Shown here piece after piece: positions 27,181 to 40,367 of a stretch of 64,000 nucleotides of DNA. The number at the start of each line of letters is the position of its first letter. Position 1 is the stretch's first letter. This DNA comes from Octopus sinensis (Eukaryota), in NCBI RefSeq assembly GCF_006345805.1, contig NC_043005.1:24738001-24802000 (forward strand), given 5' to 3'. The notes under the pieces were generated by a model. That model made no database searches. It was not told the DNA's origin and saw nothing but the letters and a program-made list of their open reading frames with translations. The position numbers were made by a program, and so were the translations under genes.

Positions 27181-28381
27181 CACACATTTTCTCGGGTTCG
27201 TTTACCAAGACACCATTTTGATTTGTCAAAGACCGAATAGTGGAACTATTTCCTTGCCGAGCTTCGACCACTCGGGCCCATCCAGCGGCCTTGATTCCTT
27301 CACTTCCCATCGCACGTAACTTAGCTCTGGTAATACTTCCCATGTGTTGGGCTTCAAGATGCTGGTTTAACTCCAGTCTTTTCACCCTCACTTGGTCTGC
27401 ATTACCTGTCCTCCAGGCTTCTTTTTGTTCCTTAACTAGACCATCTCCTATTCTACGTTCCTTCTTCGCTATAAACCTAATAGACTCATATTTGATGTCT
27501 CTTTTTAGGGCGTACCACCATTTGTTATTAATAATGGTATCTGTTAATGCCCTCAGTATTAACATCTTGATCCGCTTTCTGTACTTCTCAATCGCCAAAA
27601 GGAACGTATTGAGCTTTCAGTAGCCAGATCCCTGACTATGCAACTTATTCACGTCAGTTTACAGGTAACCATCTTGTGCTCACTGTAGCTGACCAGAAAA
27701 AAACTGTGGACACTCGGCTATGGACTTATCTGTTTCTCTAATTAAAATACTATCTAGATATGATCTGGAAGACCCGTCACTATTTGACCACGTCCACTGT
27801 AGAGTGTTCGGGTGTTCCAACCAATATGGATCTGGTAGCTGAAATTGACTTAGCAGATCTCGTAAGCCTGGGTTACATTTTCTGTTCATGTTCGAGCCAA
27901 CACAATCTACGAGTGCTTCGCATATTGTGTTAAAGTCTCCTAACAATACTAGCGAATGCGACGTTGCTAGGAACTTGCCCAGGTCACGAAAATATTCACT
28001 TTGTGGGCTCATAATGTTGGGTGCATAAATAGCGACTAGCCTGTTTATGCGACTAGCCACAACTGAATGTCAGGTCAAGAACGACCAGCCTGCCTTCTGG
28101 GTCAGAAAAAACTTTTTCTCGGCTACCCGGTTTCTTTTTAGTAGAACCAACATCCCACTCCCACCTCCCACCCGACTCGGAGAAACGTATTTCTCGTAGC
28201 CGTTCAGGAGGGGGAGCAGATGTCTTGGCCCCTTCACCCGGGTTTCCGTTGCAACAATTACATCCAAATTTCTCGACCTGATGTCATTTAGGAAGCGCCC
28301 TTGCTTCCAACTCGACATCAGGCCACGAACATTTATATAACCAATGTGAATAGACCTGACTTACCTTTTAGGTCGGGGCAT
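27180..28381 (-). pseudogene. Tx1-like ORF2 apurinic-like endonuclease and linker, frameshifted and truncated
   Basis: IGYINVRGL, DVIVATET, LVAIYAPN, LVLLGDFN and WTWSN..SYLDSILI motifs. Confidence 0.88.
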
Positions 28382-28538
28382 CTTGTGGAGAGGGACTCTC
28401 CACCTTTTCTTGACTTAGGGTCGGAGATGGCAAGCCTTCAAACATAGATTGGTGTGAAAATCAAATCTCAATGTTGAGACCGATTTTCTGTATATGTTAA
28501 ACAAGATATTATACGTTTTTTTGTCCAATACATAAAAC

Positions 28539-29656
28539 TCAGTTTTTATATTTATCTGACAGTTCAGTTAATCTAGTTGCTGATGTTTTGGATTTTATCT
28601 CACGCATTAAGTCTTCGTTTTTGTTGTGTAGTGCAGCTATTCCTCTGTTCGTCACCCCTCCGCTATCCTCGCTCTGTCTCTCTTGGCTGTTTTTTTTAGG
28701 ACTCGGCCCGCTCTGCTTTTGCTGGTTCGAGCCTCTCAATTTCCTTTTCTTGTTTATTTTTCCTTCAGTTTCTCTCTTTCTTCCTCCTCGCCGTCTGATT
28801 CTTCTACACCTTCTTTACAGTATTTTTTAATGTGACCCAGTTGGCCACACTGGAAACATCGGGGCTTACGCCCTTCAACAAAAGTATTTAGAACTTCCTC
28901 CTCTACTTCCTCGATTTCTGGAAGCTGTTCTAAAATCTTTTGGTCAGCCTGCAGTATGAGGTTAAACGTTTGACCAGTCCAATAGGTATTCTCTGTGATG
29001 GTAGCCTGCAGGAGGTTCATATTATCTCCCCTGTTTGCCAGGACTGCCGCCATCAAGCACATAGAGTTTACTCCGGGTGAAATTCTAGGTATTCTCACTT
29101 TTGATGCTCTCATTCCCATGTAACTTGAGATTAACATTGTGTCTTCCGACTCTAAAGATTTTACAGAGTGTTTTTGTGCCGTTTCTCATTCTTGAACCTC
29201 ACCATGATGGTTCCAAACTTCTTCCCTCTGGCTAGATATGTAATGTCCTGACAGATGGGTTTTAGACATTTTTCATTTTTTTGCTCACATATCTTATCAA
29301 TTTTACGAGCTTTTAAACAGAATGTCTTAAAAATAATAATTTTCTTTTTTTCCTCCGTAAATTCTTCTTCTGGTATTTCCATCTCGTTCTGTTATCATAT
29401 CTTTGTATTTTAGTAATTCTTTTTTGTCAGTTGACGGCTGTCGCATTCCACTACCAGCTGCTGACGCAAAACTTTTCCTTTCTTCATTTTCGATGGTCTT
29501 TGCTTCTATATTTCTTTTGGTATTCGTAACTTTTGGTAATGCCGGGAATTCGCTTTCCGACACATCAGAAACGTTATCAAAAATTAAACTTTCTATTTTC
29601 TTTGCTTCTCGCTCAATCGATGATTCATCACCCGACGAAGACACACTTTTCGGCAT
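28539..29656 (-). pseudogene. Tx1-like ORF1 (gag-like, zinc knuckle), frameshifted
   Basis: MPKSVSS.. start; ITYLARGKKFGTIMVRF; CFQCGQLGHIKKYC; split across track ORFs at 29327, 29161, 28754 and 28539. Confidence 0.85.
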
Positions 29657-30583
29657 CTTGCCAGCAATTAATGTTTTCCCTCACAGGGGAAAACCACAGA
29701 TAGCTTTCGAAAGAAAGCTATACTACAATTTTTTTCAACAATAAGTCCAACAATAGGCACAACAAGAAATATAACAATTAATAGAAACTTACGAACACAC
29801 TCCAACAACAAATTTTCAGTAACAGACGTACGATATACCACAAAGCATTTCGCCCGGCGTGCTAACGTTTCTGTCAGCTCACTGCCTAGGTGTGTAAATA
29901 TATTATGAAGAGGACACGCGCACATTGTCAAGAATCTATGGAGAATATTCTATGTTGAGTTTTTTTTTTATATTTCGTCGAGTTTCCTTAATTTTATATC
30001 ATGTGCGATTTTCCTCTGATCCCCTTTCATTTGACTTTGATATTTAAAAATTCTTTTGCATATTTCATCTTTTTGACGTCTAGGGATGGATATTGATGTG
30101 TATGAGTTTTTTTTTTCTGGAGAACTAAAGCGGCAAATTTACCTTATCTTTGGCTTAAACATTTTGCCCCATTCAGATTTGTCTTTTATAAGCTCAAAAG
30201 AGAATGACGATAATTTTGTGGAATAGCTTTTAATGCATTTAGGGAAATCCATTTGCTAAGCTGATATAGTTTCGTAAGGTATTGAACATTTGTAAAAATA
30301 TAAAGAATATATATATATTCTTTTATTTTATTTGTTTCAGTCATTTGACTGCAGCCATGCTGGAGCACCACTTTCATTCTCTTATTTCCCTCTATATTCC
30401 CTATTTTTTCCACAATGATTCGAACTCATATATTTTTTCACACCGTTTCTGATATCCATAATATCCCAGAAACTGCTGTAAGACTATTTCATTACAAATG
30501 TCCTGAAAACTTCTCGCAGCCTTACGTAATCCTTCGTCTGAAAACAGGTGTTTAGTTTTACAAATTATATTGAATGTGGAACG

Positions 30584-30657
30584 ATCGTACTGATGAATCT
30601 ACAGACGAAGGATTACGCAAGTAATTTATTCGGTAATAGACGAAACCGGTATACGAT
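30584..30657 (+). ncRNA. Minimal (Penelope-type) type I hammerhead ribozyme motif
   Basis: ATCGTA-CTGATGA-aTCTA..TAGAc-GAAAC-CG-GTA-TACGAT. Palindromic ACCGGT stem III; predicted GUA cleavage after 30651; A.C mismatch at the base of stem II. Confidence 0.7.
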
Positions 30658-30840
30658 TAATTCTTGATTTTTATGTAATTTTCATGTCTTGCCCGCCTAT
30701 GTTCTGGTGTTCGATGAATTTTCTCTAGAGAACATTCTTTGTTTGTTGTTAGATCGTATGTGATATTCTTCTAGCATATGGCTATCCACCTAGTGGTTTT
30801 TTTTAGCCCTAAACACACACACACATACACACACACACAT

Positions 30841-30892
<52 letters not shown>

Positions 30893-31129
30893 ATTGAAGA
30901 ATCGAAGGGTAAAAATATCCCTTGCTAAAAATCAAAGCGACATCTTCAAAAAACCCTTCTTTTCTTCATTTGTTTTATTTTGTACAGGAGTGGCTATGTG
31001 GTAAGCAGCTTGCTTACAAACCACATGGTTCTGGGTTCAGTCCCACTGTGTGGCACCTTGGGCAAAGCCTTGTGAGTGGATTTGGTAGACGGAAACTGAA
31101 AGAAGCCTGTCGTATATATGTATATATAT

Positions 31130-31194
<65 letters not shown>

Positions 31195-31392
31195 TATATA
31201 TGCGTGGAGACCGATAGAATAAGTACTAGACTTACCAAGAATAAGTCCTGGGGTCGAATCGCGCGACTAAAGGCGGTGCTCCAGCATGGCCGCAGTCAAA
31301 TGACTGAAACAAGTAAAAGAGTAAAAAGAATATACGTAGAAATCTTGCTAGCCGCCTCATTATTAATGTTTATAACGGTAATAATACTTCAC

Positions 31393-31394
<2 letters not shown>

Positions 31395-31423
<29 letters not shown>

Positions 31424-31730
31424 TGTATGTATGTATGTATGTATGTATCTATGTATGCATGCATGTATGTATGTATGTATGTATGCATGCATGTATGTAT
31501 GTACGTACGTATGTATGTATGTATGTATGTATGCATGCATGTATGTATGTATGTATGTATGTATATGTATGTATGCATGCATGTATGTATATGTATGTAT
31601 GCATGCATGCATGTATGTATGTATGTATGTATGTATATGTATGTATGCATGCATGCATGTATCTATGTGTATGTATGCATGCATGCATGCATGTATGTAT
31701 GTATGTATGTATGTATGTATGTATGTATGA
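31395..31730. repeat. (ATGT)n/(ATGC)n microsatellite
   Basis: Direct inspection. Other long simple tracts: 2100-2280 (CA), 3055-3128 (GA), 3420-3545 (ATGT to AGGT), 39320-39585, 40172-40255 (ATT), 54720-54980. Confidence 0.95.
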
Positions 31731-32049
31731 GAATGTATCTCAAAAAGGGAGAGTTTACTAAAGTATGCCACCGTGTGTATGAGAGTGCAGTGGGTGGGGA
31801 TGGGGTATATGTGTGTGAACAATTCCAATACTGGTGTCTACAGGTGAGGTAGCTCACCTAGGATTCTCGAATAAATCGATATTTCTAACCTCAACATGAA
31901 GGTGCAAGAAAATTCGATATATCAATCAATCCTACATGAAACACCAGTTATTACTGTCAATACAATGGTGGCCGCAACAAGCTGTTTGGTCTGTTGTTGT
32001 GAAACGGTATGATTGGTAGGCATTTTGTTTCAGCCGATAAATTCCATTA

Positions 32050-32602
<553 letters not shown>

Positions 32603-32758
32603 GCTTTTTTGTTTCATCCTGTCCTGGCACTTCTCGGCATCATGCAATCATTAAATAAATAAAGAGCATCATATCCGTTATGTAGCTCTGAGATCTGAGA
32701 GGCGCCCTCTGGTTAATGTGCAAATGCAGCAAATATCAAGAAAAAAAATTTGTTAATG

Positions 32759-32813
<55 letters not shown>

Positions 32814-32814
32814 T

Positions 32815-32966
32815 TAATTCTTTTATTGGCCACAAGGGCTGACAAAAACTAATTATAACATAAAGGGACAAAACAGGACGAAAGGTTACAAAGGGTTTTG
32901 TCCGTTTGTAAAAAACCGTGTAAAAACAGCGTAACAACGAAAAACTCCAATAGGGGGTAGGCGTTA
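32815..32966 (-). mobile_element. 5'-truncated LINE-like 3' end inside an (AAT)n tract
   Basis: Ends GCCCTTGTGGCCAATAAAAGAATT on -; homologous to SINE A tail2. Related ends lie near 32997 and 33120. Confidence 0.55.
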
Positions 32967-33058
32967 ACAATAATAATAATAATAATAATAATGATTTCTT
33001 TATTAGCCATAAGGGTTTAGATTAAGCAAAACCTTATGGTCAGCACAGAACAAAGAAT

Positions 33059-33098
<40 letters not shown>

Positions 33099-33482
33099 TG
33101 TTCTGAGGGTTTAATGAGGATTTCTTTATTAACCACAAACGGTTTACATAAAGAAAAAACATTAAAGACAAGACAACACAGGACAAAATATTGAGTGTGA
33201 GCGTGTGTTTTAGGGGTTTTGGTTGTAAATAACTTTAACAACAATAACAACAAAAAATGATGTAATTGCATATTAAAAATGAATATTCCTCAATAGGGAG
33301 GAGACGTTCGAGCGATGCTCATGGAGAAACCCCATAAAAGGACGGATGCCCTGACTTCTGGAGCTGATGCCTTTTCTCAGTTCCTTATCTCCTATTTTAC
33401 AGGCACATACTCAGGGCAAGCCCGTCCACTCGCGATAATAGTAGTAATATTGAGGGTTGTGGGGGTGTTAGTCGATCACCTT

Positions 33483-34062
33483 CTTTTCTACTCTAGACAC
33501 AAGGCCCGGAATTTTTGCGGACGGGGTAAGTAGATAAGATCGACCCAAGTGCGTAACTGGTACTTAGTTTATCGACCACGAAAGGATAAAAGACAAAGTC
33601 GACCACTGCGGAATTTGAACTCAGAACGTAAAGACAGACGAAATACCTATTTCTTTACTACCCACAAGGGGCCAAACACAGAGAGGACAAACAAGAACAG
33701 ACAAACGGATTAAGTCGATTATATCGACCCCAGTGCGTAACTGGTACTTATTTAATCGACCCCGAAAGGATGAAAGGCAAAGTCGACCTCGGCGGAATTT
33801 GAACTCAGAACGTAGCGGCAGTCGAAATACCTATTTCTTTACTACCCACAAGGGGCTAAACACAGAGAGGACAAACAAGGACAGACAAACGGATTAAGTC
33901 GATTATATCGACCCCAGTGCGTAACTGGTACTTATTTAATCGACCCCGAAAGGATGAAAGGCAAAGTCGACCTCGGCGGAAATTGAACTCAGAACGTAAA
34001 GACAGACGAAATACTGCAAAGCATTTCGCCCGGCGCGCTAACGTTTCTGCCAGCTCGCTGCT
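33483..34062 (-). mobile_element. SINE A trimer
   Basis: Junctions at 33647/33648 and 33831/33832; a monomer follows at about 34080-34292. Confidence 0.9.
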
Positions 34063-34861
34063 TTACATATAGAAAATATTCTTTTCTACTCAAGGCACAA
34101 GGCCAGAAAGTTTTGGGGAGGGGGGCCAGTTGATTAGATTGACCCCAGTACGCAACTGGTACTTAATTTATCGATCCCGAAAGGTTGAAAGGCAAAGTCG
34201 ATCTTGGCGGAATTTGAACTCGGAGCGTAAAGACAGACGAAATACTGCAAAACATTTTACCCGGCGTGCTAACGTTTCTGCCAGCTCGCTGTCTTACAAT
34301 ATTTATTTCTATTTACTGAAACATTTCAGATTTTCGTAGTTATGAAATATGACGAAGACAACACATTCACAAAACTGAATATAAAAGAGAAATCAGAAAA
34401 GTAGTAAGGAAACGAAAATTTGTAATTTTTAGCTCTAAAGTGCATCAGCTGAGAGAAGAATTTACAACCACAGCTGGAGAGTAAAATACAAATCTATCTT
34501 GTTATAAACACGAAATACCGAAGTATATGTTTGACGGAAATCACAAATCAGCCTATCGTTGCTTCCACATCACACAATCTTTGTAAAAGATTAGAAGAAC
34601 AAGTTGAAAGTCTATATGGGGAAGAGATGGTAATTTCAAGAAGCAAACTATATGGAAAGAAGAACTACAAGAGAACTACTGCAAACACGTTGAACAAAAT
34701 CAGCATGAAATTAAAGGCACAGTATTGAAGAGATATGAAGAAAAGGACTAACAGGAAATCTCTATGTTCAGATCTTATAACCTGATACTGGTTCAAGGAT
34801 CTCTTATTTTATCGCTGTAGATTTAATAACATTGAATGGAAAGACATCTCAAATATGTTTA

Positions 34862-35184
34862 AAGACTCCGCCGGTTACGACGACGAGGGTCCCAGCTGAT
34901 ACGATCAACGGAACAGCTTGCTCGTGAAATTAACGTGCAAATGGCTGAGCATTCCACAGACACGTGTACCCTTAACGTAGTTCTCGGGGATAATCAGCGT
35001 GACACAGAGAGTGACAAGGCTGACCCTTTGAAATACAAGTACAACTCATTTTTGCCAGCTGAGTGGACTGGAGCAACGTGAAATAAAGTGTCTTGCTCAA
35101 GGACACAACGCGTCGCCGGGAATCGAACTCACAACCTTACAATCATGAGCCGAATGCCCTAACCACTAAGCCACGCGCCCTCAC
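34862..35184 (-). mobile_element. SINE C, uninterrupted (tRNA head + GTGTCCTTGAGCAAGACACTT block)
   Basis: Minus-strand head GGCGCGTGGCTTAGTGGTTAGG..GAGTTCGATTCCC. Confidence 0.85.
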
Positions 35185-35934
35185 CTCAAATATGTTAGAC
35201 TTGCATAAATGGCTAACCCTAAACCTTCGCATTCTAAAAGTAAAAGTAACGAACTCTTCTACGCTAAAAATTCCATTCCAATAACCAACAAGAACATTAT
35301 GTGCAAGATATACATTGGGTGTCTCAATATGTTTACTCAGAATCGTTGTGGCACCACTTACAATATCACAAGACCAAAGACAACTGGGTGGGGAGGAAAG
35401 TATGGGCTATTTAGAGTAGTTACTAATTGGTTTTAAATCTTGGTATAAGGCCAGCAATTTCAAGAGAGTGGTTAAGTCGATCACGTCAACCCCAGTACGC
35501 ATCTGGTACTTATTTTGTCGACCCCGAAAGGATGAGAGGCAAAGTCGACCACGGCGGAATTTTAACTCAGAACGTTAAGACGGACAAAATATCGCTAAGC
35601 ATTTTGCTTGGCGTGAAAACTAATCAGCCAGTTCGCCGCCTTGATGAGTAGTTACTAATCAACAACAGTTACTAATTAACAAAATTATGCAAGAAGAAAC
35701 AGTGAAGAAACCGAGGAACTTGACTTTATTGTGAGTGAACTACTAGGAAGTTTTTGATAGTAAAGCGCATGGATAAATCACCAAAACATAAACATTAGCC
35801 AAAATTCCACAACTACAGATAGTTACTATACAACACTTAACCTCTTAAATTATAACAAACCAATTGAATCTAACATCATACATTATCACACCTATGCAAA
35901 AACACATGAAATCCCTTGTTCCAAATCTTATAAA

Positions 35935-36128
35935 CAGGTTATTGGTTCAGTTCTATATTTAAGAGATGAGGAATTGTGTACATTATTTACATTATTTACA
36001 TTTGACGGACATTCGTCCTCATCTTGTTTGTTGTTAACATAACGTTTCGGCTGATATACCCTCCAGCCTTCATCAGGTGTCTTGGGAAAATTTCGAACCT
36101 GGGTTCTCATTCCTAAGGTATTTTTCGA

Positions 36129-36160
<32 letters not shown>

Positions 36161-36175
36161 GTGTTGTTGTTGTTG

Positions 36176-36207
<32 letters not shown>

Positions 36208-36302
36208 GTTCAGGTCACTGCCTGGATCCGAACTCGGAATCTTAGGGTTAGTAGCCCGCGCTCTTAATCACTACGCCATATACCAGTGGGTATATGGCGT
36301 AG
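35935..36302 (-). mobile_element. SINE G: tRNA head + (AAT/AAC)n + hammerhead-bearing tail
   Basis: Head GGTATATGGCGTAGTGATTAAG..GAGTTCGGATCC; hammerhead at 36036-36081; 14-bp fold-back at the 5' end; tail fragment repeated at about 22447-22545 (+). Confidence 0.75.
36036..36081 (-). ncRNA. Minimal hammerhead ribozyme motif inside tRNA-headed SINE G
   Basis: Minus strand: GACAC-CTGATGA-A-GGCTG gagggtatat CAGCC-GAAACGT-T-aTGTT. The partial second copy at 22457-22474 has GTGTT, which restores stem I. Confidence 0.6.
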
Positions 36303-38699
36303 GTTATTGGTTCTTCCACATTATTATCATGTCTCTTCTACTTCATCATCATAACCACACGGGTATCTACGGTAAAGGGGCCCCTTTCTTTACGACTGAT
36401 TATTTAACACTAATATATAGATACCACAAAGACACTTTCCTGTCCTTTAAAATATTAGACTCTTATCTATGGAAGAAATCCATCCATAACAGTAGATTTC
36501 TGACGGTTCTCTGACATGGCACCGGTTAGAAATAATGTTTATGGAACTGGATATTCTGAATCTAGAAATAAACTTCATCTTTTCTTAGTAATGACCTGAG
36601 TTCTGTAGTCTAAACATTAACCGCATCAACCGCATTGGATCTCACTATTCATATTCCACAGACATTGGAATGAAATTTGGTGAGGACATACGTGCGCTTT
36701 TGGAAAAATTGTGCCCTACAAATATAGAATGGATATTGTGCCCTGAAAAAGCAAAAATAAAATCATTGATAAGGCTGCCTATACTTTGAGGTGTAGCCTA
36801 CAGCCAAGAGTACCTACTGAAAAGGGGGAGGGAAACGAAAACCCCAAGAAAGTAATAAAAAAAACAGAACATATAGTAATCAGTTTATAACATGCAAAGG
36901 TACAGGCATGGCTGTGCGGTTAAGAAGCTTATTTTGCAAACGCGTAATTTCGGGTTCAGTTCTGCTGCGCACCTTGGGCAAGTGTCTTCTACTACAGCTT
37001 CGGGCCGACCAATACCTTGTGAGTGAATTTGGTAGACAGAGACTATGCGGAATCCCGTCGCCCGCGCGTGTTTGTGTTTGTCAACCCACTACCACTTGAC
37101 AACTGGTACTGGTTTGTTTACGTCTCCGTAATCCAGCGGTTCAGCAAAGAAGATCGATAGTACCAGACTTCAATTAAACCCCCAGTATGACCATAGTCCA
37201 ATGACTGAAATAAAGACCATAGAAGAAATAAACCACATTATAAGAAACAACATGGAGTACTGACAAGTTTATAATATCTCGCCTTGAATGTTATATCTGA
37301 GCGATCCAGAAGCAAAATATCTGCACAAGAACCTTCTAAACAAAAGTTAGAAAGCTTCGGATGATAACGGACGTAGGATATGCAAAACCAAAACTGAACA
37401 CATTTCCCTGATGTGTTATGCGGTTTGTTAAACCCTCATCAGAGGACAAGTACCTTTCAGGAAGAATACTTGGCAGAGTCCCAAACACCAATTCACTGCC
37501 TTGGAATTGAACCCTAATCACTGTGTCAGGACGTCAAAAGAATTAACAATAAACAGGATGCTATCCAGGATGGATGATGCCAGCAAAACTCATTAGAATC
37601 TCAGTGTTGTAAACAACATATGGAAATGTCATTAACAATTTTGTCTTTAGTGCCTTTTCTTTGACAAGCTCTGTCTATATATATAGATGGTTTATCTGCT
37701 GGCTAACCAGTGTCCGTGGCCTAGCGAAAGCAATAGTTTCACAAACTTATGCCACTCACCTTCGAATACACGATGAGGACAACTACGATAGTGGTCGTGA
37801 CACAGCTCAAGCAAGCGAGCTGGAAAAATCTACGCCACTCGCAACTATTGTCATTACAGACACACATCTCTCATGGACACACATGAACTGACACACTTGG
37901 CTTAAATATATATATTTTTTTCTCTGTTGTTCATCGCAACGATAACTTTTTTGTTAACGGTGAATGAAGATTTTTGTGCTTGGAACTTCACACAGCCTTC
38001 TGTTCTTCTATCTCACGATCAGATCAAAACATCTTACATTACAACCTTCTCATTCTGTCTTCGTGAAGAAATCTTATAGTAAATTGCTTTATAAATCAAA
38101 CACAAACTAGAACTTAACTGTAATGGCAAACTTTGTCGGCGGTGTGATTAGATAGTTTATAAATATTTATGCACAACGCAGAGTTTGTTAAAAAAGAATT
38201 AAGATAAAATCATATATAATCTATCTTGGCTTCATTTATGCACATGCATACACAATCTCTCTTTCTCCTATCTGTCTCTCTATCTCTGTCTCTATCTTTC
38301 TCTCTAGGTCTCTCTCTCTCTCTCACCTACATTCTCTCTGTATCAGTTACACACATCCATGTACAATTAGTCATTCATAATTGCATTTACATAATTGCAT
38401 ATACTCTTACATACACAACATATACTCAGCTATACATATACACTTTGTGGTGTGTGTAAAAGAGTAGTTTATCTGCATTAATAGTAAAAACAAATAAACA
38501 ATCCAATTTTTTTAAAAAGCCGGCCTCGGAATATAGAAGAGTAGAAAAAACATGATGTAGAAAAGTTTACTGCCTCAACTCTGAGTATTAATGATATTTT
38601 GTTGTTGTTATTCTTAGTTAATTCCCAATGCAGATCCTCTGCGGTATATTAATGATCAAAGGTGTTTCAGCTATGTCCATCACAGCTTCTGTAGTCGAA

Positions 38700-39128
<429 letters not shown>

Positions 39129-39478
39129 CACACTGGCAAAGATGTATGCGGGAGGCGAACATAAAAGATTTCATCTTAGCTGTAGGAAGAATATTAAATA
39201 AACGTACAATCCAGATGTGGATAATCTAGGCCCTAGATTTCGAACTTTCCAAATTACGTTTATAAACGTAAATTTAATTAGTCCTCTTCGGCTACATTCA
39301 CCTAGACAAAATTCCAAATGTGGCTACATCATATATACATACATATATATGTACATACATACACACATCATATACATACATACATACATACATACATACA
39401 TACATACATACATACATACATACGTACATACATACATACATACATACATACATACATACATTCACACACACACACACA

Positions 39479-39539
<61 letters not shown>

Positions 39540-39806
39540 ATATATATATATATACATACATGCATACGTACATACATACACACATATATTCATTTATTCC
39601 TATATTTGTTTCATTCATTTGACTGCAGCCATGCTGGAGAACTGCCTTTAGTCGAACACATCGAGTCCAAGACTTATTCTTTGTAAGCCTAGTACTTAGT
39701 ATAACGATCTCTTTTACCGAACTGCTAAGTTACGGAAACGTAAACACACCAGCATCGGTTGAGAAGCGTAGATGGGGTTGGGACAAATACAAACACACAC
39801 ACACAC

Positions 39807-40171
39807 ATGGTATTTGTTCCATGTACTTCTCAAGATTTTTACTCACTGTTCCCAGGGCTCCGACAATTATTGGTACTACTTCCATTTTTTCAACGACCAC
39901 AACTGCTTAGCCTCCCAAGCTAACCTATCATATCTATCGACTTTTCTTTCTTCCTTATCGCATACCTTGTTATCAGCTGGGCATGCTATCTATGATCCAG
40001 CATAGTTTGTTTTCTTTCTCAATTAAGACTATGTCCGGCTTCGTATTCTCTATCTCATGGTCGCACTGAGTCATAAAATCCTACAGGATCTTTGCATTAT
40101 CATTTTCGATGATACCTTCGGGTTTGTGGTCGTACCAATTTTTTGCTCTGTCAAGTCCATACTTGTTGCAA
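39807..40171 (-). mobile_element. R4/Dong-like non-LTR fragment encoding a restriction-like endonuclease
   Basis: CNKYGL..WYDHKPEGIIENDNAKIL*DF..QCDHEIENTKPDIVLIEK..VVPIIVGALGTV; the 5' truncation point abuts an (AAT)n tract. Confidence 0.75.
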
Positions 40172-40256
<85 letters not shown>

Positions 40257-40312
40257 CACGAGCAACACAACCTTTGTTTATTGACATATGCCCCGAAGTA
40301 TCTCATCTCTGG

Positions 40313-40367
40313 CAGTATTTCAGACAGTATTTCAGACAGTATTTCAGACAGTATTTCAGACAGTATT
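40313..40367. repeat. 12-bp tandem repeat (CAGTATTTCAGA) x4.6
   Basis: Four perfect units plus a partial unit. Confidence 0.95.

Larger units (their letters stand above)
27176..29820 (-). mobile_element. Tx1/L1-clade non-LTR retrotransposon, 5' half (5' UTR, ORF1, endonuclease; RT missing)
   Basis: ORF1 with a CX2CX4HX4C knuckle followed by an ORF2 APE domain; the sequence ends in the linker before RT. Confidence 0.9.
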
